Assembly: GCF_009914755.1 (NCBI RefSeq)
Contig: NC_060938.1
Strand: one strand, 5' to 3'
DNA from: the human T2T-CHM13v2.0 reference genome, Homo sapiens
Length of the DNA: 64,000 nt
Below, one piece after another: positions 42,366-62,473 of the stretch (position 1 is its first letter; every line of letters starts with the position of its first letter). Under the pieces are notes generated by a model that ran no database searches, was not told where the DNA came from, and was given only the letters and a program-made list of their open reading frames with translations. A program made the position numbers and the translations under genes.

Positions 42366-42644
42366 CTTGATTCCTTTATCCCCTGTGCTTCACAGCATTC
42401 AGAGTCTTCCATATTTTCTGGGAGTTTCTTGGTTAGTTGGGCTTGGCCTCTCCTCACTTACTGTTGGTGCCTGCCCTCTTCTCTGTGCTCCAGAGCAGAT
42501 CATGTTTTCTCTACTCAGTTCCCTCTAGTGAGGAGACTCATTCCACTTTCACCCCCACCTTAGCACCAAGCACCATTAATTCAAGACCACTATGAGGAGG
42601 AGATAAGGGAGAATTACATCCCACGAAGAGCAGCAAAATGCATA

Positions 42645-42780
42645 AACATGCATATATATATACACATATATGCATATATATGCACATATACAGACATATA
42701 CATATATATACATATATACATACACACATATATACACGTATACACATATATACACACACACATATATACATGCATATATT
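42645..42780. repeat. (TA)n/(CA)n mixed microsatellite
   Basis: Directly visible alternating purine-pyrimidine tract. Confidence 0.92.
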
Positions 42781-43017
42781 GCCACCACTATCCTGAATCT
42801 CCTCATTTATTCCCAACAGAAGGAATTTCTCCACCCCACCCTACCATTTTCTTGGAACTTCTAGTCTCTCTCACATTATTAATTCTACACCTGGGGCTGC
42901 CTTGCCCCCTCTTGCTAACTGCCTGGTGGTAACTTGGCACTCCTCTTAGTTACTACTTAACGTTACAGCTCACCCTTTTTTACATCATATTTATGAAGCA
43001 TTAAATATTCTAAAAGT

Positions 43018-43315
43018 GGCCGGGTGCAGTGATTCATGCCTGTAATCTCAGCACTTTGGGAGGCCAAAGCTGGCGGATCACGAGGTCAGGAGTTCAAAAC
43101 CTCCTGACCAACATGGTGAAACCCTGTCTCTACTACAAATACAAAAATTAGCTGGGCATGATGGAGTGTGTCTGTAATCCCAGCTACTCAAGAGGCTGAG
43201 GCAAGATAATCACTTGAACCTGGGAGGCAGAGGTCACAAAGAGCCGAGATTTGTGCCACTGCACTCCAGCCTGGGTGACAGAGCAAGACTCTCAAAAAAA
43301 AAGAAAAAAAAAAAC
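43018..43315 (+). mobile_element. Alu (AluSg-like)
   Basis: Complete dimer with gatcacgaggtcaggagttc. Confidence 0.9.
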
Positions 43316-43722
43316 AAGCTACTTTGTCTAGGGTACCCTATTATACCAAGGAATTTAGTGCCTCATGAAAAAAGGTTCTCAAGGATGTTTTTCTAAACAA
43401 TAGAACCTTCTACCTTAGAAATCATTTATGATATTATCCAACATCATTATTTTTTATTTTATATATATTTTTCACTACAATAAAAATCTTTCAAATATAT
43501 CAAAATACAATTTTATTAAAACAGAAAAGTTGTTTATTAGATAATCTTTTAATTTTAACATACTAATTTATCTATCGGGGTTCTATGTCATTCACTCAAG
43601 AAGATAATTCAATGAATAAATGTGGTAACTTCACATATCAGTAGAACTTTTTCACAAAAATGGACAATTTTTCATTTTTCAGAGTGAACACTGAGCCACC
43701 ACCTGAGGAAAAATAAATGATC

Positions 43723-44033
<311 letters not shown>

Positions 44034-44274
44034 AAATGATCATTTTTAACAATTAAAGTTACTATTTTTTTTAATCATCTGGTCTTTTAAGATGTTTTTA
44101 GACTTATAGATCAAGATAAGATGTTAGCATACATTTATCCTTCTTTCAATTTGTATCCATCCCTAACTTATTTCTTCCTATTGTGCAATAGCTCATTATT
44201 AAGCTGAGCTTCCATTTTACTCATTCATGTTTATTTATGGGTCAGGCAAGTGAACTGCATACAAATTCACAAAT

Positions 44275-45009
<735 letters not shown>

Positions 45010-45300
45010 TGAAGGTCCACTATTTTTCCCTTGTTATTTTAATAAAAACAACTATTTACCTTGAATATACTGAATATACACAAAATACATATTCATTTAC
45101 ACACCATGGCTTTTTAAAAGGGTTGTCCTTAGACGAGACCTCCAGGGATAGTTAAGCTGTAAATGGAAGGCTTCATATGTAAAGACATTTTCCTTTTGAC
45201 CTTGTTTCTTATAGTGAGTGTGTGTGTGTGTCTGCTTTTAGTGGTAGAAGTTAAGGGGAATCTCTATGATTGTTTTTCTTTCTCTGCATTTATCCCTCAC

Positions 45301-45915
<615 letters not shown>

Positions 45916-46074
45916 TATCCCTCACTTTATAACATTAATCAAGTTCTTTTATAATTTTATGTTAAAGATTTTTGAATTTTGTTAATCTATTTTATTTTCC
46001 TTCATAAAATGATCAAAGCTAGAAATAACATTACAAAGTATATCATAATCGTTAATAGAAAGAGCTCTATAATC

Positions 46075-46255
46075 AGCTTAAATTTCTTTTCTCTCTTTTC
46101 TAGTTATGTGATCTTAGGCAAGTTACATAAATTACCTGTGTTCAGTTTATTTATTTGTGAAATGGGGAAAATAAGGGTGCCTGTCTCTGGGTAAGATTGT
46201 AGTGAGGGTGAATAACAGATTTATCAAGCATAAAGCAGTGCCTGGGACACAGGAA
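46075..46255 (+). mobile_element. MIR SINE remnant
   Basis: tagttatgtgatcttaggcaagttacataa...cagtttatttatttgtgaaatgggg...gcagtgcctgg. Confidence 0.75.
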
Positions 46256-46291
46256 TTGCCCTCTCTGCATGCCCCTGCATATGTGTGCATA

Positions 46292-47783
<1,492 letters not shown>

Positions 47784-47799
47784 TAAAATTACTAGTATT

Positions 47800-48665
47800 C
47801 AAAAATCAGTTGTATCTTCAACATTTCCTACCTCTGCAGAATGCATCACCATTCTCCCAGTTACCCAGGCTTAAAACCTCAGAATTCTATCAAATTATTT
47901 CATTTCTTTACATCTCATGTTTAATTAGTCACTGATTCCCATCAATTTTCCCCTATCATGTTTAATAGTACCAACACATTATTTCTCTTAGAAAAATATT
48001 TTTCTAGTTTAGGCTCTTAATTTAGCCTATTTTTAAAATATCTCAAAGTTTGCCATACAGTCTTTATTTCTTATTTCTTAAAACATTTTCTACATTTTGA
48101 TACAACTAAACTTTCTAAAGCATAAATATCTCACTTTGTCACTTGTCTGCTCAAAAAAAACATAAAAATATCTTCTTGGTCTAGAAAGTAAAATTATAAT
48201 GCTTGGCATGATGCAGACAGAAATTCCCATTTCTCCTTTTTCTCCTTTGCCCCCACTATTTTCTTCCATGTTCACATCAGTACCTAATGTCCCAGACATA
48301 TGGAATTCATTGTTTCATGAATAGAGCCAACACATTCTAACTACCATGCATTTAGTCAAACCATCTGGCCACCTGGAATTTCCTACCATCCCCCATAAAA
48401 TTTAAGTTAAAAAATTCCACTGTTCTGTCCTCTCTGAAGATGTCCCTGAACCTTTATTGAAACTCATTGACATATCCTTTGGTTCCCGCAGACTTTATTG
48501 TATATGTCATAATTTAGCACATACATTACTCTGCCATACATCTTAGTAAGTTAATGAACTGTCTCTTTTCACTGATAAAACAGTGTCAGGATTTTTTTCA
48601 TTTTTGTATTCCCTACTGGTCCACAGAGTGCTATGAACATATAATGTGCTAAGTTAATTTTAAAT
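47800..48665 (+). mobile_element. Probable L2 LINE remnants
   Basis: catcaccattctcccagttacccaggcttaaaacctcag... and tttgtatt...cacagagtgc...acataatgtgct: L2 3'-end motifs. Confidence 0.45.
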
Positions 48666-49332
48666 TGACTTAAACTTACTGGTGAATTCATCGATTAACT
48701 GTTCTTTTCCAGTATTACTCTTAGAAATGTCCTTGCCTTGATATATTTTAAGTTCTAAAAAAATTAATTTCATTTTAAGAATCACATCCTCCAAAACAAA
48801 AGAAACAAAAGCTCCCATACAATTCTAATGCTACTTATAAGTAACATTAAAAATGGCATACCAAGTGTAAAAAACAAAAAAACAAACAAAAACAAACAAA
48901 CAAACAAAAAAATTCCCATGAAAGCCAGAGGCAAACAATGCAAATTTTAATGTCAATATTGTCATTTTTTCCTAGGTTAGGGGTCAATATAACCACATTT
49001 ATAAACTTGTTCTTTTTGTCTCTCCTCATGTTGACTTCACACATAGCATATTATGCCATTAAAACAACAAAAAAGGAGAAAATGCTATATTGAAATCCAG
49101 TATTTTCTGACAACAATTCCTTACTGTGAATTGTGAATGAAAATTAAATTCTTTAATCACTAGGAAAGACTCTGAGTGTGCGAGTGTTTCTTTCAGCTGA
49201 TATAAACATTGATAAGATCAAAGCTTGCTCTGAATTATCTGTCTTACCAGGTCTTGACTGAATCTCAGAACAAAATCCTGTAGTTTCTCTTTATTTTGGA
49301 AAAACCTTTAATCTTTTAAAAATATAGGCACA

Positions 49333-49689
<357 letters not shown>

Positions 49690-49984
49690 CTACTTGCATT
49701 GAAAATGGGTTTAAGTTTAAGGTTTTGGCAAGTGTTTGAGAAAAATATGAATTAAGCTCATTTTCGGTGGAGACAAGTCTCTATGCATTTAGTGTTGGTT
49801 AAGGTAAATACTTAAATCTATTTAAAATTTTAAAGACCTTAGTAATGTAAACAAATGTTGTTGAGTTTGGACTTCTCTACAATATCTATGTGGAATCTTA
49901 GGAAAGGAAGAGTGAAAGGATACAATATATTTTAAATGGTAGTTCAGCCTAAATCCTAAGCATAAGCATAATACACTGCTGCAT

Positions 49985-50681
49985 TTCTTTTTTTTTTTTT
50001 TTAACAGAGCCTAACTCTGTCCCCCAGACTGAAATGCAGTGGTGCCATCTTGACTCACTGCAACCTCAGTCTCCTAGATTCAAGCTATTCTCCTGCCTCA
50101 GCCTTCTGAGTATTTGGGATCACAGGCAGGCACCAGCCACACCCGGCTTTTTTTTTTGTTTTTGTCTTTTTTCTTTTTTTGAAGACAGAGTCTTGCTCTA
50201 TCGCTCAGGCTGGAGTACAATGGCACAACCTCGGCTCACTGTAACCTCCGCTTCCCAGGTTCAAGTGATTCTCCTGCCTCAGCCTCCTGAGTAGTTGGGA
50301 TTACAGGCACGTGCCACCATGCCCGGCTATCCACCTCCCAGGTTCAAGCAATTCTTCTGCCTAAGCCTCTTGAGTAGCTGAGATTACAGGCATGTGCCAC
50401 CATGCCTGGCTAATTTTTGTATTTTTAGTAGAGACAGGGTTTCACCATGTTGATCAGGCTGGTCTTGAACTCCTGACCTCCTGATCTACCCGCCTCAGCC
50501 TCCCAAAGTGCTGGAATTATAGGCATGAACCAAGGTGCCCAGCCCATTTTTTTGTATTTTTAATAGAGGTGAGGTTTCACCATGTTGACCAGGCTGATCT
50601 TGAACTCCTGACCTCAAGTGATCTGCCCGCCTCCACCTGCCAAAATGCTGGGATTACAGACATGAGCCACTATGCCTAGCC
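49985..50681 (-). mobile_element. Nested Alu complex (an Alu inserted in the middle linker of another, with a repeated right-arm segment)
   Basis: Order on the + strand: right arm, T-tract, right arm, repeated partial right arm plus left arm, then another linker plus left arm. Confidence 0.85.
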
Positions 50682-50750
50682 AATATGTTACTTTAAAAAA
50701 ATATGTTATTCGTTTTAGTTTTCTTCTGTTGCTAATGATCATTTCTATTT

Positions 50751-51773
50751 TGTAGGGAAAAGGAAGAGAGATCAGACTGTTATTTGTCTATGTAGAAAGG
50801 GAAGACATAAGAAATTCCATTTTGACCTATACTTTGAACAATTGCTTTGCCCTGAGATGCTGTTAATCTGTAACTTTGCCCCAATCACTTTGCCCCAACC
50901 TCTTTGCCCCCACCTTGAGATCACAAAAACATGTGTTGTATGGAATCAAGATTTAAGGGATCTAGGGCTGTGCAGGATGTGCCTTGTTAACAAAATGTTT
51001 ACAAGCAGTATGCTTGGTAAAAGTCATCGCCATTCTCTAGTCTCGATAAACCAGGGGCACAATGCACTGCAGAAAGCCGCAGGGACCTCTGCCCTGGAAA
51101 GCCGGGTATTGTCCAAGTTTTCTCCCCATGTGATAGTCTGAAATATGGCCTCATGGGATGAGAAAGACCTGACCATCCCCCAGCCCAACACCCGTAAAGG
51201 GTCTGTGCTGAGGTGGATTAGTAAAACAGGAAAGCCTCTTGCAGTTGAGATAGAGGAAGGCCGCTGTCTCCTGTCTGCCCCAGGGAACTGAATGTCTCAG
51301 TATAATACCCGATTTTACATTTGTTCAATTCTGAGATAGGAGAAAAACCACCCTATGGCGGGAGGCAAGACATGTTGGCAGCAATGCTGCTTTATTGTTC
51401 TTTACTCCACTGAGATGTTTGGGCAGAGAAACATAAATCTGGCCTACGTGCACATCCAGGCATAGTACCTCCCCTTGAACTTAATTATGACACAGATTCT
51501 TCTGCTCACATGTTTTTTTGCTGACCTTCTCCCTGTTATCACCCTGCTCTCCTACCGCATTCCTCTTGCTGAGATAATGAAAATAATATTCAATAAAAAC
51601 TGAGGGAGCTCAGAGTCTGGTGCTGGTGCACATCCTTGGTATGCTGAGTGCCAGTCCCCTGGGCCCACTTTTCTTTCTCTAAACTTTGACTCTGTGTCTT
51701 ATTTCTTTTCTCAGTCTCTCATCCCACCTGACTAGAAATACCCACAGATGTGGAGGGGCTGGCCACCCCTTCA
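50751..51773 (+). mobile_element. Solo HERV-K (HML-2) LTR5, LTR5A/5B-type
   Basis: TG...CA ends: tgtagggaaaaggaagagagatcagactgtta... and ...tggaggggctggccaccccttca. 1023 bp. AATAAA at ~51592. 5-bp TSD tattt at 50746-50750 and 51774-51778. Confidence 0.93.
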
Positions 51774-53191
51774 TATTTTCACTTAATTTACTCTGAATCC
51801 ATGCCACTTTTGCATTTGGGGCTAATGTTTGTATTGCAGGAAAGGATAGCAAGTCAATTTACAATTGGATTTTTTCAATGTAGAGAGTTACATGTTTACT
51901 AAAAGGAGTAGCCCTTAATTCTTTTTAAAAAGCCCATAGCAAGCAAGATGATTAACAATTTTTATGTGAACAGATGTCTTAAAATATTTTAAACATCTAG
52001 AGAACACTGATACCATCTTCACTTCCAAAGAGATAGAAGTTACTTCTTTTGACTTAGATCTGACTTCTTAAACTGTCAAATGAAGTGGCTGAGTATAACT
52101 CACCACCCACAACTTTGATATTTAGCCGCCTCTCTTCATTTGCTTTGTATTATATGTACTGTAGCCCTTACTTTAATATTTCTATATCTTACACATCTTT
52201 CTTTCTTAAAAATGTGCTTTCATTTAGAGGAGAAATACAATTTTAAGGGAGAAGTTGATGCAAGCCTAGTTCTGTCTTTTTTTTTAATTGCTGATCTGTC
52301 CTGAGGAAATTAATGTCACCCTACTGGGTATGATGCTGTCCCTCTGGAGAGATTCCTGCAAGTTATGACCACTGGGGATTTTATAGATGTCCACATTAAG
52401 CCTTTCACTGAGAGTAGAGATTAACTTGCAGTTGCCTCTCTGACACAAATATATCTAAGAAATCAACATAATCTTTCAAAACCCTTCTGGCTAATAATAG
52501 TTTGTAGCCACTATTAATATAGTGGTTCTAAGTTTGTTTCAGGGTCTCAAAGCCTTAAATCATTTCATGAAAGCCTACTGCAAATGTCAACATATAATGC
52601 TTACAAGGACATAACTGGGTGTTTCACATTATTATTTTATTTTTAACCCACTTGATCCATCAAGTTATCTGTCACAGAACAAATTAAAGGCCCCTTTAGA
52701 GAAGTATCAGGATAAAAAATAGGCCTAGTTATGTTCATTGGGAGAGGAGCAAATAAAGCATGGGCTTACATTCTCTGTCTATAAGAAATTGTCATTGTAA
52801 CTGTTCTTTGTTTCAAAATCTATGTACAGTTCTGATGCACCAATTGACAATGGCTGCCTGACTCTAACACTCAGATGTATTACTGTAAATTCCCTGTCTT
52901 CTTTATAGCAAGAGAAAAAATCAGGACATTCTGAAAGTAATACACTGTGGATATTTGCATGGCCAGAGTATAATTTTCTCTGCTTAATAATAAAACTGAA
53001 TAATGAGCTTAATAATAAAACTCTTATACAAATACAAAATAAACCTCTGTCAAAATTTATTTCACTTATTCCTGAGGAAATCAGTAGGTGGGAAAGCTGG
53101 TTCCAAGAACAAGCAAAAAAAAAGTAATTACAGATTTTTTTCCCCAAAACAAGAAATGTTAGAATAAGACAACTATGTTAGAAGCAAAACT

Positions 53192-53485
53192 GGGCCAGGA
53201 GCGGTGGCTCACAGCTGTAATCCCAGCACTTTGGGAGGCTGAGGTGGGCAGATCACAAGGTCAGGAAATCGAGGCCATCCTGACTAACACGGTGAAACCC
53301 GGTCTCTACTAAAAATACAAAACCAAAATTAGCCGGGCGTGGTGGCCTGTAGTCCCAGATACTCAGGACGCTGAGGTAGGAGAATGGCATGAACCCAGGA
53401 GGCGGAACTTGCAGTGATCCAATATTGCACCACTGCACTCCAGCCTGGGTGACAGAGTGAAACTCCATCTCAAAAAAAAAAAAAG
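53192..53485 (+). mobile_element. AluY
   Basis: Complete dimer; TSD agaagcaaaa(c/t)tg. Confidence 0.92.
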
Positions 53486-53509
53486 AAGCAAAATTGATTA
53501 ATAACAACA

Positions 53510-55110
<1,601 letters not shown>

Positions 55111-55632
55111 GGATGTATTCCCAATTGCACTGTATTTTTGGGTATTAAGCATAAAATTTAAACTTTATTAAACTTATTAGAAAAAGGGAATTGGAAATGT
55201 GATATAATGCAGTAATTCACAAAAAATGTGTACAGTAAATGCACTCAAGAGCAGTTTTTCTGAGGCTTGATAAACTCCTATCAGTTATGAATTAAAACTG
55301 GTAAATATCCTTCATGGAAACAGATCCATAAAGTCTGGCATTGTCTTTTTCTACTAGAGAGAAACCTACAAGTTATTACATAATCGCATAGTGTCTAGGA
55401 TCAAATCAACTAATACATGGCCAAATCAAAAGAAAATGAAGTAATCTTTGGGTTAACCTTTTAGAGGATAGCTTTTAATAATGTAATATTACACTAAAAA
55501 TACACGTCTTATGTAAGAGTTTTAGATACTCTTCCTTAGCATTCCTTATCACAAATATGTCCTCTGTTAGTGCTAATCCATAACTATCTCAGTTCCTTAT
55601 TTTCATGTCAATAATCTCCAAGTGTTATTCTT

Positions 55633-55927
55633 TTTTTTTTTTTTTCTTGAGACAGAGTCTGGCTCTGTCTCCCAGGCTGGAGTGCAGTGGTATGATCTCG
55701 GCTCACTACAGGCTCCGCCTCTGGGTTCACGCCATTCTCCTGCCTCAGCCTCCAGAGTAGGTGGGACTATAGGCGCCCGCCACCATGCCCGGCTAATTTT
55801 TTGTATTTTTAGTAGAGATGGGGTTTCACCATGTTGGGCAGGATGGTCTCGATCTCCTGACCACGTGATCCACCCACCTCAGCCTCCCAAAATGCTGGAA
55901 TTACAGGCGTGACCCACCGGCTCGGCC
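55633..55927 (-). mobile_element. AluY-like
   Basis: Antisense dimer; TSD tccaagtgttattctt on both sides. Confidence 0.92.
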
Positions 55928-56269
55928 TCCAAGTGTTATTCTTAATCAAAAAAAGAAAAAGTTTATCTGACTATATTTGACCCTGATTATTTATGTAGCT
56001 TCAGAAAGAGGAGTTAAACAAATAGGTGAAGTCTTCCCTCCACCAGGTTCTAAAATGTAAGATTCATGGCCTTCTGAAAACACTCCCTTACCAATGTGAG
56101 GCTGGAACCATAGAACAGGTGGAGGACTTAGTAGGTATTGGCTCAACATTTAAAGTACAATCTTGTTCCTTAATAGGTGTTTTCATACCTTATAAACACA
56201 TGTATGGCTTGGATGTCCAATTAAATCCCAGGAAAAAAGGACAGATTCTTGATGAAACTATGCAAATAA

Positions 56270-56597
56270 TGAGACAGCAAGTAAAAACGGCTCCCCGGCA
56301 GAACCTCCGACCGGCTTGCACACTGCCAGGAGTGCACACTGAGGTGGAGCCTCTGGAAGTTTGCAGCGGGGAGGAGCCTGGCCTCTTCTGTTCCAGGGCG
56401 GAGGCTGGGATTCAATCTATGAGGCAGGAAGCTGGGTAGCAGGACTCACTTTACTGACAGTCTCTGTTTCCCCTTTTTTCCCATTCGCCAATAAATTCCA
56501 TTTTTCTCACCCTTCAAAGCGTCTGTGAGCCTAATATTTCATGGCTGTGTGACAAGAATACAGCTTTTAGCTGAACTAAGGAGAAAGTCCTACAATA
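56270..56597 (+). mobile_element. Solo ERV1-class LTR (MER61-like)
   Basis: Starts tgagacag, contains ccaataaa, ends gctgaactaaggagaaagtcctacaata. 4-bp TSD ataa at 56266-56269 and 56598-56601. Confidence 0.75.
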
Positions 56598-57098
56598 ATA
56601 ATATGTTGTCCTACAAGCATGCAGAGTAAGTACAAATATATTGTTCTGAATTCTCAGAGAAAAATATAAATTAGACAGTGTTTGAATGATGTATTTCACT
56701 TACAAGGTGTTGTATATAAAATTGAGGATCAGAGATAGAAAAAGAAACTGTGTAATTAATACTCCTTCTACTGGATGTTGAGTCAGTTTTTTGCTTTGAT
56801 AAAATTATCTACCAATGAGGCAAAAAGATATATCCTTAAAACAATGAGATTTAAAAGTAAGTTGTTATGCTCAGTACTTTATAGGAGAACATTCAAGTAA
56901 GTGTCAGAGGAAAACAAAAACCACCTAGAGATGCAACTAAATGGCTATTTAATTGATATAGTAAACAATAATATAAAAATGGAGAAGAATAAAATTCTGC
57001 ATTAGGTTCAATACTATCTCATAAAGACTTGACCAATGTTTCACCTGGGGGCATACACCGCTCCAATTTCCTATTACAGTCTCTAATCTATTAGTTAA

Positions 57099-57428
<330 letters not shown>

Positions 57429-57889
57429 ACCACCATTCATCTTAATATGTAAGATTATGTAAAATGAACTGAGAAAGCTGAGCCCTTTAGAATTGTCCTC
57501 ATGGAACTCAAGCAGATGTGTGGAACTAATGAAGAAATATGGGGCACACCAAAGAAGTCCAATTTATTTTAGCCTCACTCATTTTATAAGGCAAAAATTG
57601 TCACAGTTTTTCTAGAGGTCACCTAGGAAATCTAAAAAATACTTATTTTTCGCTAAAAATCAGAAAACATTTACTTTTTGGAATTTAAGATATAATTTCA
57701 GATGGGCAAAAATTAAGTGTTATCAGAGGAGATTTGGTCACTGTGATAAAGACAGGAATACAGGTGCAGAGAAGAAAATGGTGGCAATAATCCCAATAAC
57801 AATACAATATTCTAAAATAAGCATAGGAAAACATATCATAATTGTTAGAAAATGTATCCCTTCCATAATTATGCTGTATAAATTTTTTT

Positions 57890-58430
57890 CTTATTTTTCT
57901 TTCTAGCTTCATTGAAGTATGATTGATAAATAAAAATTGTACATATTTAAGTTATATAATATGATGTGATGTGATGTTTGTATACATTGTGAAATAATAG
58001 CCACAGTCAATTAACATTTTCATCAACTTACAAAGTTAGACTTTCTCTGTGTGTGTCTATGTGTGCTTGTATGGAAATACGTATTCCTACCCTGTTAGCA
58101 AAATTCAAGTATACAATACATTCTTATCAGCTGTAACTACTATGCTACATATGTTAGGTATCCAGAATTTATTCATCTTTTAACTAAAAGCATATCCCCA
58201 TTTTTCCTACCTTCTAATCCCTAACATCTAATGAGTTTAAATTTTTTAGATTTCACAGATAAGTGAGATTATGCAGTATATTTGTCTTTCTGTGTCTCGC
58301 TTATTTTACTTAGCATTAAGTTCTCTCAGTCCATCAATGTTATCACAGATTTTAGGATTTCCTTCTTTTCTCAGGATGAATAATATTCCATTGTATGTAT
58401 ATGCCACACTTTCTTTATCCACTAATCTGT
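57890..58430 (-). mobile_element. L1MA-like 3' end fragment
   Basis: attgaagtatgattgataaataaaaattgtacatatttaag...ttttagatttcacagataagtgagattatgcagtat... Confidence 0.75.
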
Positions 58431-59162
58431 AATAAAGGCTATATCCAAAATACACAAGAAACCCTTCAAATTTCACAAGAAAGCAAACAATTCAGTTAAA
58501 AATGGGGAAACAATATAAATGGATAAGCCACCAAAGGAAATATAAAAATGGCAAATAAGTATTTGAAAATATATTCAACAGCATATGACTTTAGGGGGAT
58601 AAAGCAATTCTATATATTGAAATTTCCTTTTAAAAAGAAAGCAAATAGAAAACTTTCTCAGAAAAACAAAATTTAAGTGATTGTCAGCTGACCTGTCTTG
58701 CAAGAAATACTAAAGGAAGTTCTTCAAGGGGAGAGAAAATGATGCAAGTGAGAAATTCATATACACAATAAAGAAATAAATGAAAAAGAATAAATTAAAG
58801 TTAAAAACTTTTTTTATTCTTATTGATCCATAAGATAACTGTTTAGTAACAAAAAATGGGTAATTATAGAATGAGGATAGATGAAATGAACAATAGCAAT
58901 GTCATAAGGTACAGGAGGTACAATCTGGTGGTATTTTTATGAGATACCTACACTACATGTGAAGTAACAATTTTATTTGAAGATAGAACTAAAATGTATA
59001 TAATCAATTCTAATTAATTTAAAGATAGACTTAAAATGCATATAATCAATTCTAAGAAAACCACTACAAGTTTTTAAAAGAAAAGTGATGAGATCACATC
59101 TCATGAGGTGATGAGACAAAAATGCAATCATAGAAGATGCTCAATTAAAATAAGAGGAGGCA

Positions 59163-59455
59163 GGTCAGGCACGGTGGCTCATGCCAGTAATCCCAGCACT
59201 TTGGGATGCCAAGGTGGGTGGACCACCTGAGGCCAGCCTGACCAACATGATGAAACACCATCTCTATTAAAAATATCAAAGTTAGCTGGGTGTTGTGGCA
59301 CACATCTGTAATCCCAGCTACTCTGGGCTGAGGTGGGAGAGTCACTTTAACCTGGGATGTGGAGGTTGCAGTGTGCCAAGACCACCACTGCACTCCAGCC
59401 TGGTTGACAGAGTGAGGTTCTATCTCAAAATAAAATAAAATGAAATAAAAATAAA
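59163..59455 (+). mobile_element. Alu (diverged, with internal deletions)
   Basis: Dimer with a (TAAAA)n tail. Confidence 0.88.
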
Positions 59456-60967
59456 TGAATATAATTAATGTTTATATTCTACTTCAACAAAAGTAGAATG
59501 CACATTCTTCTCTAGTTTGTACAAGACACACTGCATTATGGGCCATAAACGTCTTAAAATTTTTCAAAGAACAAAGTTCATACAAAGTACACACCGAGAC
59601 CACAATAAAAATTAAAGTAGAAATAAATAGCAGGAAGAACTGAAAAATTTTTCAAATATTTGAAGACTTAACAAAACATCTAAGTGCATCCCAAAAGAAG
59701 ACTAAAGAGTAATTAAAATATTTGGAATTAAATGGAAATGGAATCACAACTTATTAAAATATATGAGATACAGTAGAACTAGTACCTAAATTTATAGCAT
59801 TAAATATATATTATTATGAAAAAAGAGATAAAATCAATAAGCTTCTGCCTTAAGAAACTAGAAAAAGAAAATCCAAAGTAAGTAACAAGGGAAAAAATAT
59901 ATAAAGTATAGCAGATATCAGTAAAATAGAAAGCAGGAAAACAATAGAGAAAATCAATGAAACAGAAAGCTGTTTCTTTGAAAAGATCCATAAACTTGCT
60001 AACATTTAGACAAACTAATAAAGAAAAAAAGAGAGAATGCACAACTTACAAATATTGGAAGTGAAAGAGGGGTATGGGTTATGACTACTGATTTTGTGGA
60101 CATTAAAAGGATAATATATTTACTATATTAAAAACTCTATACTCACAAGTTCAATAGCCTATATAAAATGGACAAATACCTTGAAAGACACAATATGCCA
60201 ATACTCACAAAAGAAAAAATAGATAGCATGAGTACTTTTATAGCTATAAAAGGAATTGAATAAATAGTTAATAACCTGCCCCCCCACCAATGGTTCCAGG
60301 CCCAAATGGCTTTAGTAGTGAATTCTATCAAGCATTTAAAGGAGAAATTATACCAATTTTCCACAGACTTTTCAAGAAAATGGAATTAGAGAGAACACTT
60401 CCTAACTTATTCTATGAGGTAAATATTACCCTCTTACCAAATCCAATAGACATAACATGAAATAAAATCAATACATCAGTATCTCTCATGAACAAAGATC
60501 CAATAATCCTTCACAAAATACTAGACAATTGAATCTAACTATGTATTTATTCTAGGTAAGACTGTATGCAAGACTGATTCAATATTGGAAAATTATCTGC
60601 AGAATTTCCTAAATCTGCAGGAAGAAAAATCATGTGACTGTATCAACTGATGTAGAAAAAGCTTATGGCAAAATCTATCACCCATCTATAATTTGAGAAA
60701 CTCTCAGAAAACTAGGAATTGAGGTGAATTTTCTTAACTTGACAAAGAACATCTACCAAACCCCTAAAATTATCATACTTAATGATGAGAAATGGGATGC
60801 TTTTTCCCAAAAACCAGGAGCAAGAAGAATTTTGTTTTTTGTTTTTTTTCTTTCACCACTTGCAAAATGAAACCACCACTTTGGAAGACAGATGGACAAT
60901 TTCTTATGCCCATAGTTGCTATACTATATGTAAAAAAAAAAGTCTTACATATAATATAGCAATTGTG

Positions 60968-61291
<324 letters not shown>

Positions 61292-61614
61292 TGCAAATGT
61301 GTTTTTAGGTGTTTATCCACCTTATTTGAAAACTATGTCCACACCAAAACTGGCACATGAATATATATATAGCAGTTTGTTTATAATTCCCGAAACTGGA
61401 AGAAACCAAGAGGTCTCATAATTGATGACTGGAAAAAAAAAAAAACAGCACTGTGATACGTCTTATAAGGGAATATTACTTCCTAACAAAGTAAATGATC
61501 TGGCAAAAGATTCAGTGAGGAGGTTTAATAGGTGAAGCACGTGGGCATTATTTAGACCAGTCAAAGTATTCTGTATGATACCACAACTGTGGAAACATGA
61601 GAGTATGAAATTGC

Positions 61615-61941
<327 letters not shown>

Positions 61942-62157
61942 TGCATTTGTTAAAAAACAAAGAATCTCACAGCACAAAGAGTGTCACTTAATATATGCAA
62001 ATTTTAAAACAACAACAACAACAACAAAGTAGGTGTTCTGGGGATCCTGGGATGGAATGCAGAATGTCATAAAAAATCTGAAGTACTACAAATGTATAGA
62101 GCCACTTCACTCTAGGGAGTGGGAAAAACGTGCTGACATAAGCATCTTAGAAAATGG

Positions 62158-62473
<316 letters not shown>

